A stretch of DNA of 64,000 nucleotides from Bdellovibrionales bacterium (lineage in GTDB: Bacteria; Bdellovibrionota; Bdellovibrionia; Bdellovibrionales; UBA1609): the NCBI GenBank assembly GCA_041690295.1, contig JAWLHR010000002.1, forward strand, positions 32,001-96,000, read 5' to 3'. Below, piece after piece: positions 18,608 through 29,200 of the stretch. Position numbers and translations under genes: made by a program. The notes under the pieces were generated by a model. It had not been told where the DNA came from. It saw only the letters and a program-made list of their open reading frames with translations, and ran no database searches. Position 1 is the first letter of the stretch; each line of letters starts with the position of its first letter.

Positions 18608-21600
18608 TTATCTAAAAAAGCCATCCGTGGCACGGTGAAACTGTTGAACCCGGTTGCGCAAGCTTGAGGGAACGGCCGGGGTCAACAGAGGTTCACGAAT
18701 CGATAATTGAGTATCCACATCCACATAAGGCCACTGATCGCGCGGTTGTTGGGCGATATCCGCGAGATGGTTTTCGGCCTCATCCAAAAAGCGCGTCATG
18801 GCCCGAATTTCCGATTTCACAAAATGAGACATCGATCGGTCGAGCTGACGGTCAAAACTTTCGCTGAACGGAATCAACGGATAACCACGGCTGCGCGGTG
18901 AGCGGACCCGGAAATAGTTTTCACCGCCCCTGAAGACGGTCTGCCGCATCGGGCGCGCGCCCGGCATGGACGTGCCGTTTTGCTCTTCATCCCAGGTTTG
19001 ACCCAGTTGCTCATTGTCCATCATGAGAACGACAAAATCATAAAGTCCCCATGTGTCCTGTACACGCTTGAACTCTTCGTCCGTGAACAGGAATCTCTTG
19101 TGCAAGTGCATGCGCACCCAATCGATCCGGCTGTTATGATTGAGGGTGGCCATCAGTGACTTCTCAAACGGCGTGAATCGCAGATACTCCATGATCCGCT
19201 CGTGCAGCTGGAGCACTTTTTCCGTGGTGACTTCCGACTCTCCGTAAAGCTCATGGTCAAGCCTGTAGGTTGAAATCAGGCTTTTTAACAGTTCGGAGTG
19301 ATTCGATAGCGGGTAAGGTGTGACCAAATCCCAGAAAAGATATTTGGCCCGCTGATAGAAATAAGTTTTAAGCACGGAAGCCACGAACTCATCCTCGGAT
19401 TCGGTGAACGGAATGAATCTAATGAGGGCGTGGCGTACATGGTTCACATCCACGTCCAGACGTTCACCGAACTCGATTTGCAGGTGGGGCGCCAATTGGT
19501 TCATGTAGCGGCTGATCCGAATCCACAAGTCGATATCGCTGACCGTGTATCCGGTTTCGGTGATGCGATCCAGCCCTTTGAAATCGCTCGGCAGTCCGGA
19601 GAACCGGATCGAGTTCATGATCTGTTCCCGCTCGACCTCGGAGATCTCGGGCGCGCGCAGTTTTTTGATCGAACGATGAACGCTCCGCAAGTAATCGATT
19701 TCCATGCGAAGGGATTTTTCAACGTAATCTTTAATCGACAGTCCAAGCTTGATGTAACAGAAGGCGAATTCGCGATGGGCGTAGTTGGCCAACTTGGAGA
19801 CCTCTTCGCGCTTGGCCCGGATCTGACGCAGATAGGTTCGGGTCTTGCTCGTTCTTCGCGTGAGTTCCGCGCTTAAACGGGCGCCGCTGAAACCTTCGGC
19901 GGGAAGGATGAATTTCTCAAGCATCTCGGAATAGGTGGCGATCATCGCCTCACCCATCCGCTCAAGCGAGCCAAGGTCCAATCGCGCGATCTCGATGACC
20001 TCGTTGAAATCCATGTCGGCGTAGCTCAGGCCGAATCTGATCTTGCCATCCGCATCGGCGTTTTTCGTGGCCATGCCGTTGTAGATGTCAAAAGGTAAGG
20101 CTCCGTAATAGGGGGTTTGTTTGAGGTCGGCGAAATAAATTTTCCGGCGCGCTTTGGGCCCGCCCGAAAGTTCGCGGCAAAGGTTCACGAAGTCACGGGC
20201 TTTGGCCGTTTCTTGCAAGCGCTTCGGTATGCGCGTGAGCGCTTCGTTGACTTGGTTCCACTGACCTTCGATGATACGACGAATCGAATCGGAGATGAAA
20301 TCATCGACGTCGATCTTCACCGACGCGAAAAGACCCGTGCGCACGGCCATGTCGAAGGAGTGCAGCACGCCGAAATGATTGGGTATGGAGATGTCGTTGG
20401 AGTAAGGGAAAAGCGGCGGAAGCCGGCCTTCCAGCAACCAGCGGATCAATTCCGCCGATGAGAACGATTTACCGAAAGCGGGAATGTAGATCTCGAAATT
20501 CTTTTTCGATAAAAGATGAAAGAGAATCATCATGTGCGGGTAAGTGGCCGCGCGTGAGATGGTTCGCGGAACGGATTCGAACAAACTCTTGATTTTATCT
20601 AGTTCGACGGTGTCCTCGCGGGTGACCAATAAAGCGAAGCCTTTGAGCGGAAGCGCGCGGGACTCGAACTCACTCCAGATATTTCGAACGGTGGCCGTCT
20701 CCGACAAAGCATGACGAAGTAAAGCGTCGGTGCCCACGGGCGCCGTGAAGATTTCGCTCGCCTTGCGCGTGCTTTCCATAAGGGCGCGGAGAAACTGGAT
20801 CCGCAGATAATTCTCGATCCCGTCGCGGGCCCGGCGGGCGTCGATGTTCAAACCTTTGAGCAATATCGCGGCGGATTCGGCATCCAGTGTTTGGGTCATG
20901 ACGGCATCGAGCACGAACTGCATTTCATCGTAAACCGATGAGATTCGTCCGCTGACCGCCGCCGGAAAAAAGTTCTTCTGGTTTTGCAGCTGTTTGGTCG
21001 TGCGCACGATTCCGTGCGGATGATTCTTCATTTTCTCCATCCAGGACGTTAAATCCGGATGTGCGCGGCCACGATCATCCTTGAAATAACCGGCGCGAGC
21101 CACGACTTCGAGGATCGATTTTTTGGCTGGATCGTTCAAAGCGAAATTTTCATTGGCCAGCAAATGCCAGGGTTTGACGGAATCCAAAAAACGGCGCGCC
21201 TGCTCCTTATCCGTCAACTTTTGCGCAGCCCCCGTGAAAGCGGTTAAAATCAATGAACGCGCCCGATCCAGGTCCTTCTGTTCCTCGGCGGAAGTCGCCT
21301 GGGAGGGAAGAGCCAGGAGGAGATCCATCATCTCCTGATCCCAAAGTTTGTTCTTCAGTTCGATGGCGATCAGAAGCAAGCGTAGACGGTGTTCACGGGA
21401 GCGGGCCGCGATATTGCGAATCACGGTGGACGAGTTCGCCGCCCGGCTGAAATAGCGAAGTCCCGTGCAACTGTCCCGATAGTCTCCGCAATCCAAGAGC
21501 ACGGCCCGGGTGTAAAGTTCGCCGATCCGCTGCATTTCGGGCCGCCGCCAATCCGATTCGGAAAGATTAAGCAAAAGCCGGTTGAAAACCAACAACTCGT

Positions 21601-21907
21601 CACGAGTGGACCGTTCCGTCAGCGAAGCGGCCCGGCGAATGCGATTTTCATCCAGAACCCGCGCGGAGAGAGGGACGATGACTTCTTTTAATGGATCTTT
21701 CGCATTTTGAAATTGGGATTCCCAGGCCATGGCTTCGGCGCTCGGTCGGTCGGAGGCCGAAGGTTCAGTGGCTGACGGGGACCCGTCTTGCGCACGGACG
21801 TCACCCTCATGCCGATGAATCGGCTTGCCCTTCTCGGTGCACGACACCGAGATCAGGATCGGGATCAGAATGAGTATTCGGGTTAAGCGCAACACAAATT
21901 CCCTCAA
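18608..21907 (-). CDS. Large predicted lipoprotein of unknown function (1099 aa), paralog of 22743-26285
   Basis: Signal peptide with lipobox-like ISVSC; helical-looking body; collinear similarity to the 1180-aa neighbour; start overlaps the stop of the upstream gene. Confidence 0.8.
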   Translation of the reverse strand: MREFVLRLTRILILIPILISVSCTEKGKPIHRHEGDVRAQDGSPSATEPSASDRPSAEAMAWESQFQNAKDPLKEVIVPLSARVLDENRIRRAASLTERSTRDELLVFNRLLLNLSESDWRRPEMQRIGELYTRAVLLDCGDYRDSCTGLRYFSRAANSSTVIRNIAARSREHRLRLLLIAIELKNKLWDQEMMDLLLALPSQATSAEEQKDLDRARSLILTAFTGAAQKLTDKEQARRFLDSVKPWHLLANENFALNDPAKKSILEVVARAGYFKDDRGRAHPDLTSWMEKMKNHPHGIVRTTKQLQNQKNFFPAAVSGRISSVYDEMQFVLDAVMTQTLDAESAAILLKGLNIDARRARDGIENYLRIQFLRALMESTRKASEIFTAPVGTDALLRHALSETATVRNIWSEFESRALPLKGFALLVTREDTVELDKIKSLFESVPRTISRAATYPHMMILFHLLSKKNFEIYIPAFGKSFSSAELIRWLLEGRLPPLFPYSNDISIPNHFGVLHSFDMAVRTGLFASVKIDVDDFISDSIRRIIEGQWNQVNEALTRIPKRLQETAKARDFVNLCRELSGGPKARRKIYFADLKQTPYYGALPFDIYNGMATKNADADGKIRFGLSYADMDFNEVIEIARLDLGSLERMGEAMIATYSEMLEKFILPAEGFSGARLSAELTRRTSKTRTYLRQIRAKREEVSKLANYAHREFAFCYIKLGLSIKDYVEKSLRMEIDYLRSVHRSIKKLRAPEISEVEREQIMNSIRFSGLPSDFKGLDRITETGYTVSDIDLWIRISRYMNQLAPHLQIEFGERLDVDVNHVRHALIRFIPFTESEDEFVASVLKTYFYQRAKYLFWDLVTPYPLSNHSELLKSLISTYRLDHELYGESEVTTEKVLQLHERIMEYLRFTPFEKSLMATLNHNSRIDWVRMHLHKRFLFTDEEFKRVQDTWGLYDFVVLMMDNEQLGQTWDEEQNGTSMPGARPMRQTVFRGGENYFRVRSPRSRGYPLIPFSESFDRQLDRSMSHFVKSEIRAMTRFLDEAENHLADIAQQPRDQWPYVDVDTQLSIREPLLTPAVPSSLRNRVQQFHRATDGFFR

Positions 21908-22746
21908 AACGCGTAATTCATCATCAATCGAAAAATCCGGCGGTACTCATCCACATACCAGAGCCGGATGTAGCCATCGTCCGTGAAACCGCCGTTGTCA
22001 TAAGACAAGGTGGCGGTGAAATTGTTCCAGGTTTTAGAGATACTGAACGTGCTGGTGTAAGAATAACCGACGAAGTTATCGAGGTAGCGGGTGACTTTGG
22101 CGCCGAAAGCGTAAGTCGCCTTGTACGTGCGGGCAAACCGTAAATCATTGCGCCATTTGTAAATGAAGAAATGGTCGGGGTTGGCGGTGCCTTTCGAATT
22201 TTCGCGATAAGTGTTGATCAGTTTGGCCGTGTCCAGCGTATGCGACATGCTGTAGCGCTTGTTGAAAAAAAAGAACTGAATGTTCCCGGCGCTGCCGATC
22301 AAGGCGCGATGACCTTCAAGCCGCGCATCCTCGTCCCAGAGCGGTTGACCATAGACCGTGAATCCCCAGCTGTGTTTCTCGAAGGCCGGCGCGAGATAGG
22401 AGACGTTGGCCGCCGTACTGGGATAGAGCACTTCGGTGTAGCCTTGTTCCTCACCTTTGGGAATTTGGCCGTTGATCGTGTCAGCCTTAAGGTTCAGATT
22501 CAAACCGAGACTCCAGTTCTTGGAATATGTGTAGTCCACCGTCGCGCCCAGGACATGCGAGTAAGTGCGGGGCGAACGCGAGTCGGCGAAGTCGCTGGAG
22601 ACTCCGTAAAGCACCGAACCATTGTAATGGTTCAGGGCCGCGCGTTCCTCGGGCAAAGGGAGGACTCCTTCCCGGGTTTTCGCGCCGGCTGGTGCCGAGG
22701 TGGCGGCCAGGATCGCAATTAAGGTGATGAGGCCCACTCGGCTCAT
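21904..22746 (-). CDS. Predicted outer-membrane beta-barrel protein (280 aa)
   Basis: Signal peptide, alternating aromatic/polar beta-strands, C-terminal LMMNYAF (terminal Phe, BAM signal-like); ATGA overlap with upstream gene. Confidence 0.7.
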   Translation of the reverse strand: MSRVGLITLIAILAATSAPAGAKTREGVLPLPEERAALNHYNGSVLYGVSSDFADSRSPRTYSHVLGATVDYTYSKNWSLGLNLNLKADTINGQIPKGEEQGYTEVLYPSTAANVSYLAPAFEKHSWGFTVYGQPLWDEDARLEGHRALIGSAGNIQFFFFNKRYSMSHTLDTAKLINTYRENSKGTANPDHFFIYKWRNDLRFARTYKATYAFGAKVTRYLDNFVGYSYTSTFSISKTWNNFTATLSYDNGGFTDDGYIRLWYVDEYRRIFRLMMNYAF

Positions 22747-25700
22747 GGGACCTTCACTTTCTCCCGGATGCGATAAAAGTCATTGGTCTGAGAAGTAAAC
22801 TGTTTAATAAAGCTGTTCAGGTCGTCGCGCTTGTAGGAATCCAGGAAATACGTGTCGCCTTTGATATACCAATATTTTTCGATCTGGCCTTCGAGGAAGA
22901 ACGGGCGGCTGAGTTTCATTTGCAGCTCGCTGGCTTCTTCTTTTCGGGCCAATCCTTTTCCGATTTCACCCAGATGATTGATTTGGCTCAAATGGTTGAA
23001 GAGTTCGCTCACGCGGCTCATTCGGCGCAAGACCGGCTCGCGGAACACTTCGCGAACGGCCAGGTTCACATACTTGATATCCTTCTTTTGACCGTTTCGC
23101 GCCGCCAGGTCATTCACCGTCCGCGGTTCGAAGACGAAGGTCTGCAGGTTATTCAACTGTTTCGCGAACTCGAGCGCCTCGTACATCGGGCCTTTATCAA
23201 TAGTCAGCTTGCCCTCGCTGTAAGCTGATTTCATGAGTTCGTGGAAAAGAGGCAAGCGCGTGCGGTAGTCAGGTTCAAAGATGCGGCCTTCAACCTCTTT
23301 CTTGTCGTAAATTCCATCGACGCCGAAATCCCGCGCGTTAAGCACGTCGAATTCATCCATCGATTGATCGGCCATGGCGGTCAGGTAGGCGCTGGTCACC
23401 TGTTCTTTGGTGACTTCATAGGTTTCCTTGCCGTCCTGAATGGGGCCGAGAAGATAAAATCGAACCAGTGTGTTGGCATAATCCCTCAGCGGATTCGATC
23501 TGGAGTAGAAACGGCGCCAGTCGATGTAGGAGCCGGTTTTGCCGTTGAGAGCCACCATGCCCTGGCGGATGAAATCGTCGCGATCTCCGCGGAAATGAAG
23601 CGGAATGGACAAACCTTTCGCCACCATATCGTCGCGGACCAATCCTTCCGGCATGAAAATCGATACCGGCCGCGGTTTCACCCGATCCGTGCCGTAAAGC
23701 TCAACCTCTCTTGCGGTCGGATTGGCGAAAATGTCGCGTTCAATTCGCGATTTGATTCGCATAAAGAGATCGTATTTCGACATCCGGTAGCTCAAGCCCT
23801 CGATGCGGTCGAACCTGAAGCCCTTGCTTTCTCCAAAGTGGGTTTCGTTAATTTCTTTGATCCGGGCTTCCAATTCGTTGGCATCCTGGATCTTGAACAG
23901 AGGTTCGATCAGGTCGTAGACCTGGCCCAAATGCAATCGCTCTTCATGGTAGATGCGATTGGCCCGGCGACGCTCAACCTCACGTATGGTTCGCAAGCAA
24001 TCCGCGTAATATTGGTGCTTGGATAAGAATCGCCGCGCGAGACGCGCTTTGAGTGATTCAAGCTCGCGCAAATTCTCGTAAGCGCGGGCGGTGAATTCAT
24101 TGGGCTCACCACGTTTTTTGCCGGTTTTCTCCAGTTCATTCTCGAGGATTTCCAGCATGACACGGATGTAGATCGTCCGGCGTTCGAGGCGGTCCTGAAT
24201 CACATTGGCGATACGGCCCGAAGCGGTGACCGCGTGCTTGAGAACGGCGTGAATGGACGAGTCGTCCAATCCCGCGTAGTTGTACTTGTGCAGATCGAGA
24301 AAATTAATTTCGATATTGGGTGCGTAACGGCTGATCCCAAGCTCGTAGTCGCAAATGTTTTTCAATGCCGCGCCCCGGGCGTCACCGGTGGTCTGCCGTT
24401 CATAATCAGCGATGTCGGTGCGCAGTTCATCAAGGTCATTATCAACGTACTTGGCGAAAATCAGGTCAAAGAATTTGGCTTGCTCCGAGCCTCCGGTGCT
24501 CGTGTTGCCTTCTTTAGAGGTGAAAGAGTGGAGCGCGCCCGTGGTCAGGAGATATTCCCACGCGTAAAGCAGCATGGGTCGGGTCAGCATCTCCGCGTCT
24601 TTTCCGAAGCGGAACCAGGGGCTGGCCACCTGGCCGTCGAAGAAAGCGTCAAGAATCTGGTCGGCATCGATTTCAAACCGGCCCCACCACGAATGAACAA
24701 TGATTTTTCCCTTCATCTTGGCGAGGAAGTAATTCATGACGATCATGTTGGGAAAAACGGACAGGTAATGAATGTTCCGGTTCACCGCCCGGATCAACTG
24801 AACCGTTTTATAGTACTCGTCCATTGAAGAAGCCCGACCCGAGCGGAAATAAGTTCCCATCATGCGCTCAAGCAACTCGATCTGGGATTGCATGAAATGC
24901 CACTGGCTGGTCAGGTCCCGGCTTCGGGTGACGGCGTGCTCGAAAACCTCGCTGCTGGCGATTCCTGAATGATAAACCTGCTCCGTCATGAAACGATTGG
25001 TCTTCACCACCATATAGGCCATGTTGATCCGGATGTAATCGGCCACCATCTTCGGAAGTTCAGTCCTGACGGTTTCGGGATTGGCGTTATTCAACACCAT
25101 TTCCACATCACTCGAGCCAAGATGTCCGCGATAGAGTTTGTCGACCACGAAGAAGAGTTCGTTAAAGAACTTGCCGTCACGGGCTTCGATGCGAGCGACC
25201 AATTCGGAAAGGCCCAAATTCTCCACCAAACGCGGAACCAGTTTGATCTCATCTTTCATTTTAACGAAAGGCAGACCGACGCTGTCGTTTTCTTCCTGTG
25301 ATGCCAGAATCGCTTCTTTGACGGCCTCACTGAGTTCCTTCTTGCTCGCGTCTTTATAGAGGCAGCATTGGGCGCCAAGGTTGAACATCACACGGGTTCC
25401 ACGCTGGAAAACATCGGCCTGCTTGTTGGAGTAGGTCCACGGGTTGAAATTTTCAACAAAGGCGCGGAATTCGGGATCGTTGGGATCTTTGGGTTGAAAT
25501 TTGGCGATGATGGTTTCAAAAATTTTAGCGTGACTGTCGCCGATGTAACTTGAAGCCATCGCGCTTTCGCCCTGGCTGATGAGCGCGGCGAACACTCGGG
25601 CGTACTTTAAGTAAGCGAAGGCGAAATCGGGATCGTCATACCGGTTGCGCTTGTAAACCGCCATGGCCAAAAGGCGATAGCGCTCTTCGATATCGGCGCG

Positions 25701-26285
25701 GCACTGGGCGCTGTTCGCCACGCAGAGGATGGGACTGTTTTTATGAGCCTCGAGTTCGCGTTTGATACGCGAGTCATACTCTTTGGCCAAAAACGTGAGA
25801 ATCCGCGTGTGTCGGGTGTCGCGGCTGAAGAGTTCGGCGTTATGGCAGTTTTCCTTTAGATCGCGGCTACAGCCGGAGAACAATGTCTGATAATACCGGT
25901 TGCGCAGATCTTTGAATTCGCTTGAGCTTTCGCCCGCTTCCAGGAGTGTCAGGAAAGCGGCGTTGAAAATCTGGATCATGTGGGTCATGCGAAGCGTGCG
26001 GTATTGAGGATCCTCAATGAACTTGGAGTTGAGAACGTATCCCGAAAGCGGCTTGAGAATGGTCTCCATGAACTGGCTGCGATCGCCGTTCAACTTCGCA
26101 TAGGCTTCTTTGATATCGAACTTGTTGAATGAACTTTCTTCCACGCTCTCGTCCCGAGGCGTGGCTTGGGGCGTCCATTCGCGTTTGCCTTCGTGTTCAA
26201 CCTTCGCCCGGTTTTTAACCGGGCATGCGGTGAGGATCGGCGTGATCAGGAGAAGTGATATGTAAAGTCTGATATTCATGATCAC
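22743..26285 (-). CDS. Large predicted lipoprotein of unknown function (1180 aa)
   Basis: Lipobox LTAC after a hydrophobic signal; no recognisable catalytic motif; overlaps both neighbours by 4 nt. Confidence 0.8.
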   Translation of the reverse strand: MIMNIRLYISLLLITPILTACPVKNRAKVEHEGKREWTPQATPRDESVEESSFNKFDIKEAYAKLNGDRSQFMETILKPLSGYVLNSKFIEDPQYRTLRMTHMIQIFNAAFLTLLEAGESSSEFKDLRNRYYQTLFSGCSRDLKENCHNAELFSRDTRHTRILTFLAKEYDSRIKRELEAHKNSPILCVANSAQCRADIEERYRLLAMAVYKRNRYDDPDFAFAYLKYARVFAALISQGESAMASSYIGDSHAKIFETIIAKFQPKDPNDPEFRAFVENFNPWTYSNKQADVFQRGTRVMFNLGAQCCLYKDASKKELSEAVKEAILASQEENDSVGLPFVKMKDEIKLVPRLVENLGLSELVARIEARDGKFFNELFFVVDKLYRGHLGSSDVEMVLNNANPETVRTELPKMVADYIRINMAYMVVKTNRFMTEQVYHSGIASSEVFEHAVTRSRDLTSQWHFMQSQIELLERMMGTYFRSGRASSMDEYYKTVQLIRAVNRNIHYLSVFPNMIVMNYFLAKMKGKIIVHSWWGRFEIDADQILDAFFDGQVASPWFRFGKDAEMLTRPMLLYAWEYLLTTGALHSFTSKEGNTSTGGSEQAKFFDLIFAKYVDNDLDELRTDIADYERQTTGDARGAALKNICDYELGISRYAPNIEINFLDLHKYNYAGLDDSSIHAVLKHAVTASGRIANVIQDRLERRTIYIRVMLEILENELEKTGKKRGEPNEFTARAYENLRELESLKARLARRFLSKHQYYADCLRTIREVERRRANRIYHEERLHLGQVYDLIEPLFKIQDANELEARIKEINETHFGESKGFRFDRIEGLSYRMSKYDLFMRIKSRIERDIFANPTAREVELYGTDRVKPRPVSIFMPEGLVRDDMVAKGLSIPLHFRGDRDDFIRQGMVALNGKTGSYIDWRRFYSRSNPLRDYANTLVRFYLLGPIQDGKETYEVTKEQVTSAYLTAMADQSMDEFDVLNARDFGVDGIYDKKEVEGRIFEPDYRTRLPLFHELMKSAYSEGKLTIDKGPMYEALEFAKQLNNLQTFVFEPRTVNDLAARNGQKKDIKYVNLAVREVFREPVLRRMSRVSELFNHLSQINHLGEIGKGLARKEEASELQMKLSRPFFLEGQIEKYWYIKGDTYFLDSYKRDDLNSFIKQFTSQTNDFYRIREKVKVP

Positions 26286-29200
26286 TTCTCCAGGTATTCG
26301 GGGGTAATCGCGAGCCAGTAACCGTTCAAGAGCGCGGCGGATGCGGCGATCTGTCCGATTCCGCGAATGGCTTCATCGCAAACACGGCGCATGGATTTCA
26401 CGGGGTATTTGCCGGGGATGCGATCCTGCGCCCATTTTTCATACTTTTCAAAGGCCTGATCGACGGATTTATAGAACTGGCCGATCTTTTCTTTACCGAC
26501 CTCTTCAGCGATGCCCGGCGGGATGTAAAACCCTTCGAACGCGTCTTGGTTTCCGTCGTTTCCAATATCAAAGTAACTGCTCAAACCATTGCCGGCGAAT
26601 CCATCCACGCAAAGGCTGGCGATCTCGTTATGTCGCTCCGTCAGCGCGGCCTTAACGCTTTCATCAACAAGCTCGTCGCCTTCTTCGTAATCATAAGCCA
26701 CCTTGTAAGCGATCACGTAAGCGTCGTTGCCTGAGTAGAAACGGAGTTTGGTGACGGGATAGAGGAACATGCCGTTGGCCCAGACGAAAACTTCACCTTT
26801 CGGTAAAATGTAAACATCCCGGGCCGTGGCGCTTTGACCGGTCACGAAATCGAAAACCGTGGCGGTGAACTTCTTGTAATGATCCGCTTTCACATTGGAA
26901 TTGGCGTCCGGTTTGGTCGGCTTGATCAAAACCGCCACAATGCTCAATTGGAATTCGGTCTGGCTGTTCAAAAGATCATTGAACTCACGAGGCAGCTTTG
27001 CGGCGTCGTTGGTTCCCCAACGGCTCAGTCCCATGAAACCACCGGTCATGAGAAGCGTGCGTCCGATATTCGTGGTGTCGTTCAAGCCCGTGGCGGCGAA
27101 CCGCATGTTCTGCTGAACGGCGTCCGAAATGATCTTGGTGTAAGTGCGCGGATAAAGCGTGCGATAGAGGAAACGGTTTTCCTCATGATCGTAATAAGGA
27201 TTGGGGAAGAATCCGCGTCCCAGCATCAAGAACGGTTGCGGGAAAGTCAGGTTGAAGAGCGCGGAAATTTTAAACGGCAGGTTGGACATCTGATACCAGC
27301 TGCCGAAGATGTGTCCCCAGTTGCGGTCCGCATCACCTTCGAGATAGCCGCCGCTGACATAACGTTTGTTATGATCGATCTTCGTGTAATCGGCATCGGG
27401 CAGATTCAGGAAGAAGCGGAACTCCTCAAGAGCCACGCGGTTGGCGCGGCAAAGATCGATCATCCCTTTAACGGCGAAGATTTCCTGTAAAACACTGCCT
27501 TTTTTGATCCGCTCGGGATTGAAACAAGCTTGTTCGAATTCCATCAGCGCGTCTTTGTCCATGCGCAAGCGGTTCCAAAGCGGTTTCAATTGCGGATCGC
27601 TGCGCAGGCGCCGGCGCATTTCATCGTAAAACAACCGGACGCGGGTGAACGTATCGAGCGAAGAGAGCCACAGACGGCCTTCCGCTTCAAAAGAGTTCGC
27701 CCCGCCACCGACCATGGAGTAAAGGTTCGAGAGCAGATTGTCGCTGACCAGTTCGAAGTACGACCGCACGATGTCCTCGGCCTTAGAGCCACGATCCCAG
27801 CGGTTACAGAAGGGATCCGCGCCCAAGCTCGCCTCGTAGTCGTTACAAGCGGGGAAGTAGGCGGTCGGCAGATTCTTCACTTGGCCGGACTGAAGGCGAA
27901 GTTGCGACATCGTGGGAATCTTTCCGCTCACCGGAACTCGGGCGAAAACGAAGTCATCCGCTTCACGATCGTAAGTGGCGTACTCTCCTTTATATATGTA
28001 GCGAAGCACAAGTTCGTCATGGGGGCCGGGGTTCAAATCCTTGGCGGGGATCATCATTTCCACGCGACCGCTCCGATAACCCATCACCGAGGTGTAGTTG
28101 GTGAATTCATTCTGGGCCGTAGCCTTCTCGCTCAGTTCCTTCACGAAACGCGAGGGAACCGTGCCTTCTTCGGGGACGATGTTTTCTTTGAACTGGTGTC
28201 CAAGTCCCAGGAAGTGACCGATTTCATGGAGACTCAAATCCATGACCACGCTATCGAGCAATTCGGGAAGCGGCCGGGTTTTACGGGCCGGGGAGTTCAT
28301 CCAGGAGCCCGACTTGTTGGCCACGGTCAGGCCCTCTTCGATGAAGAAGGAGGAAGAGGGTTCTTTTATTTTGGACATCAACTTCGCCAAATTCGGTTTT
28401 TGTTCCGAGGCGTGCCCATCGACCGCCGCATGTCTGAGCAGGGAAGAGCCGAAGTGATCGATCAGCTTGCGGGAGGCGAAATAGTTTCTAACGGTTGTCG
28501 TCTCGGCGGTGGCTTGGCCGATCAAGTCGTTCAAGATCATCCCCAGTGCGGGATTTTGCGACTGGATGTTTTTCAACTGCTCGTTCAAAGCTTCAACTTG
28601 AACGCGAGCCAATGCGGTCGGGTTCGACGACAGTCGCTGAATCTCGCTGCGTAAGAAACTTTGATATTCCGTCATGAGATTGTTCATGAGGGCGGGACGC
28701 GTGCTGAAATCGATCTTGGTGAAGTTGTCCGCCACCGAGAACGTCTTCGGCAGGAAGCCGGCGATCACGCCGATCGGAGAAATCGCATCGTCCGCGCGCT
28801 CCGCCGTCTTGGCGAAGCCGGAAAGACCTGACTCCAGAGGCGTGTAGCGGTTGATGTAATCTTCAATCATGCCGCCGTAAATATTCACGCTGCCCCAGAG
28901 GATTTTTCCGTTACGAACATCGGCGTGAGCCATTCCGATTCCGAGCGGCGAATAGATGGAAAGCCGGCGGTCACTGATCCAATTGAACGAAGGATAGCGC
29001 AAGTCAAACGGATGCTTCAGATTTTTCACCACCGGTTGAAACGCCACATGATCTTTGGGAATGGCTCCGATTTTTCTCAAAGTTTCGTTCCACTTTTCAA
29101 AGGCCGCTTTCACCGTGGCTTCATGTTCGGTCGGCACGCCGTTAAGGTAAATGGTGTGAGTCTTGGTCAAATCCCAGCGGGCGGCGTAAAGTTCGGGCTC

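Noticed and set aside
27530..28654. Long antisense ORFs (374 aa here; also 55039-55995, 39583-40413, 40915-41712)
   Set aside because: They lie opposite well-supported genes, show no motifs, and are expected from codon bias in moderately GC-rich DNA.
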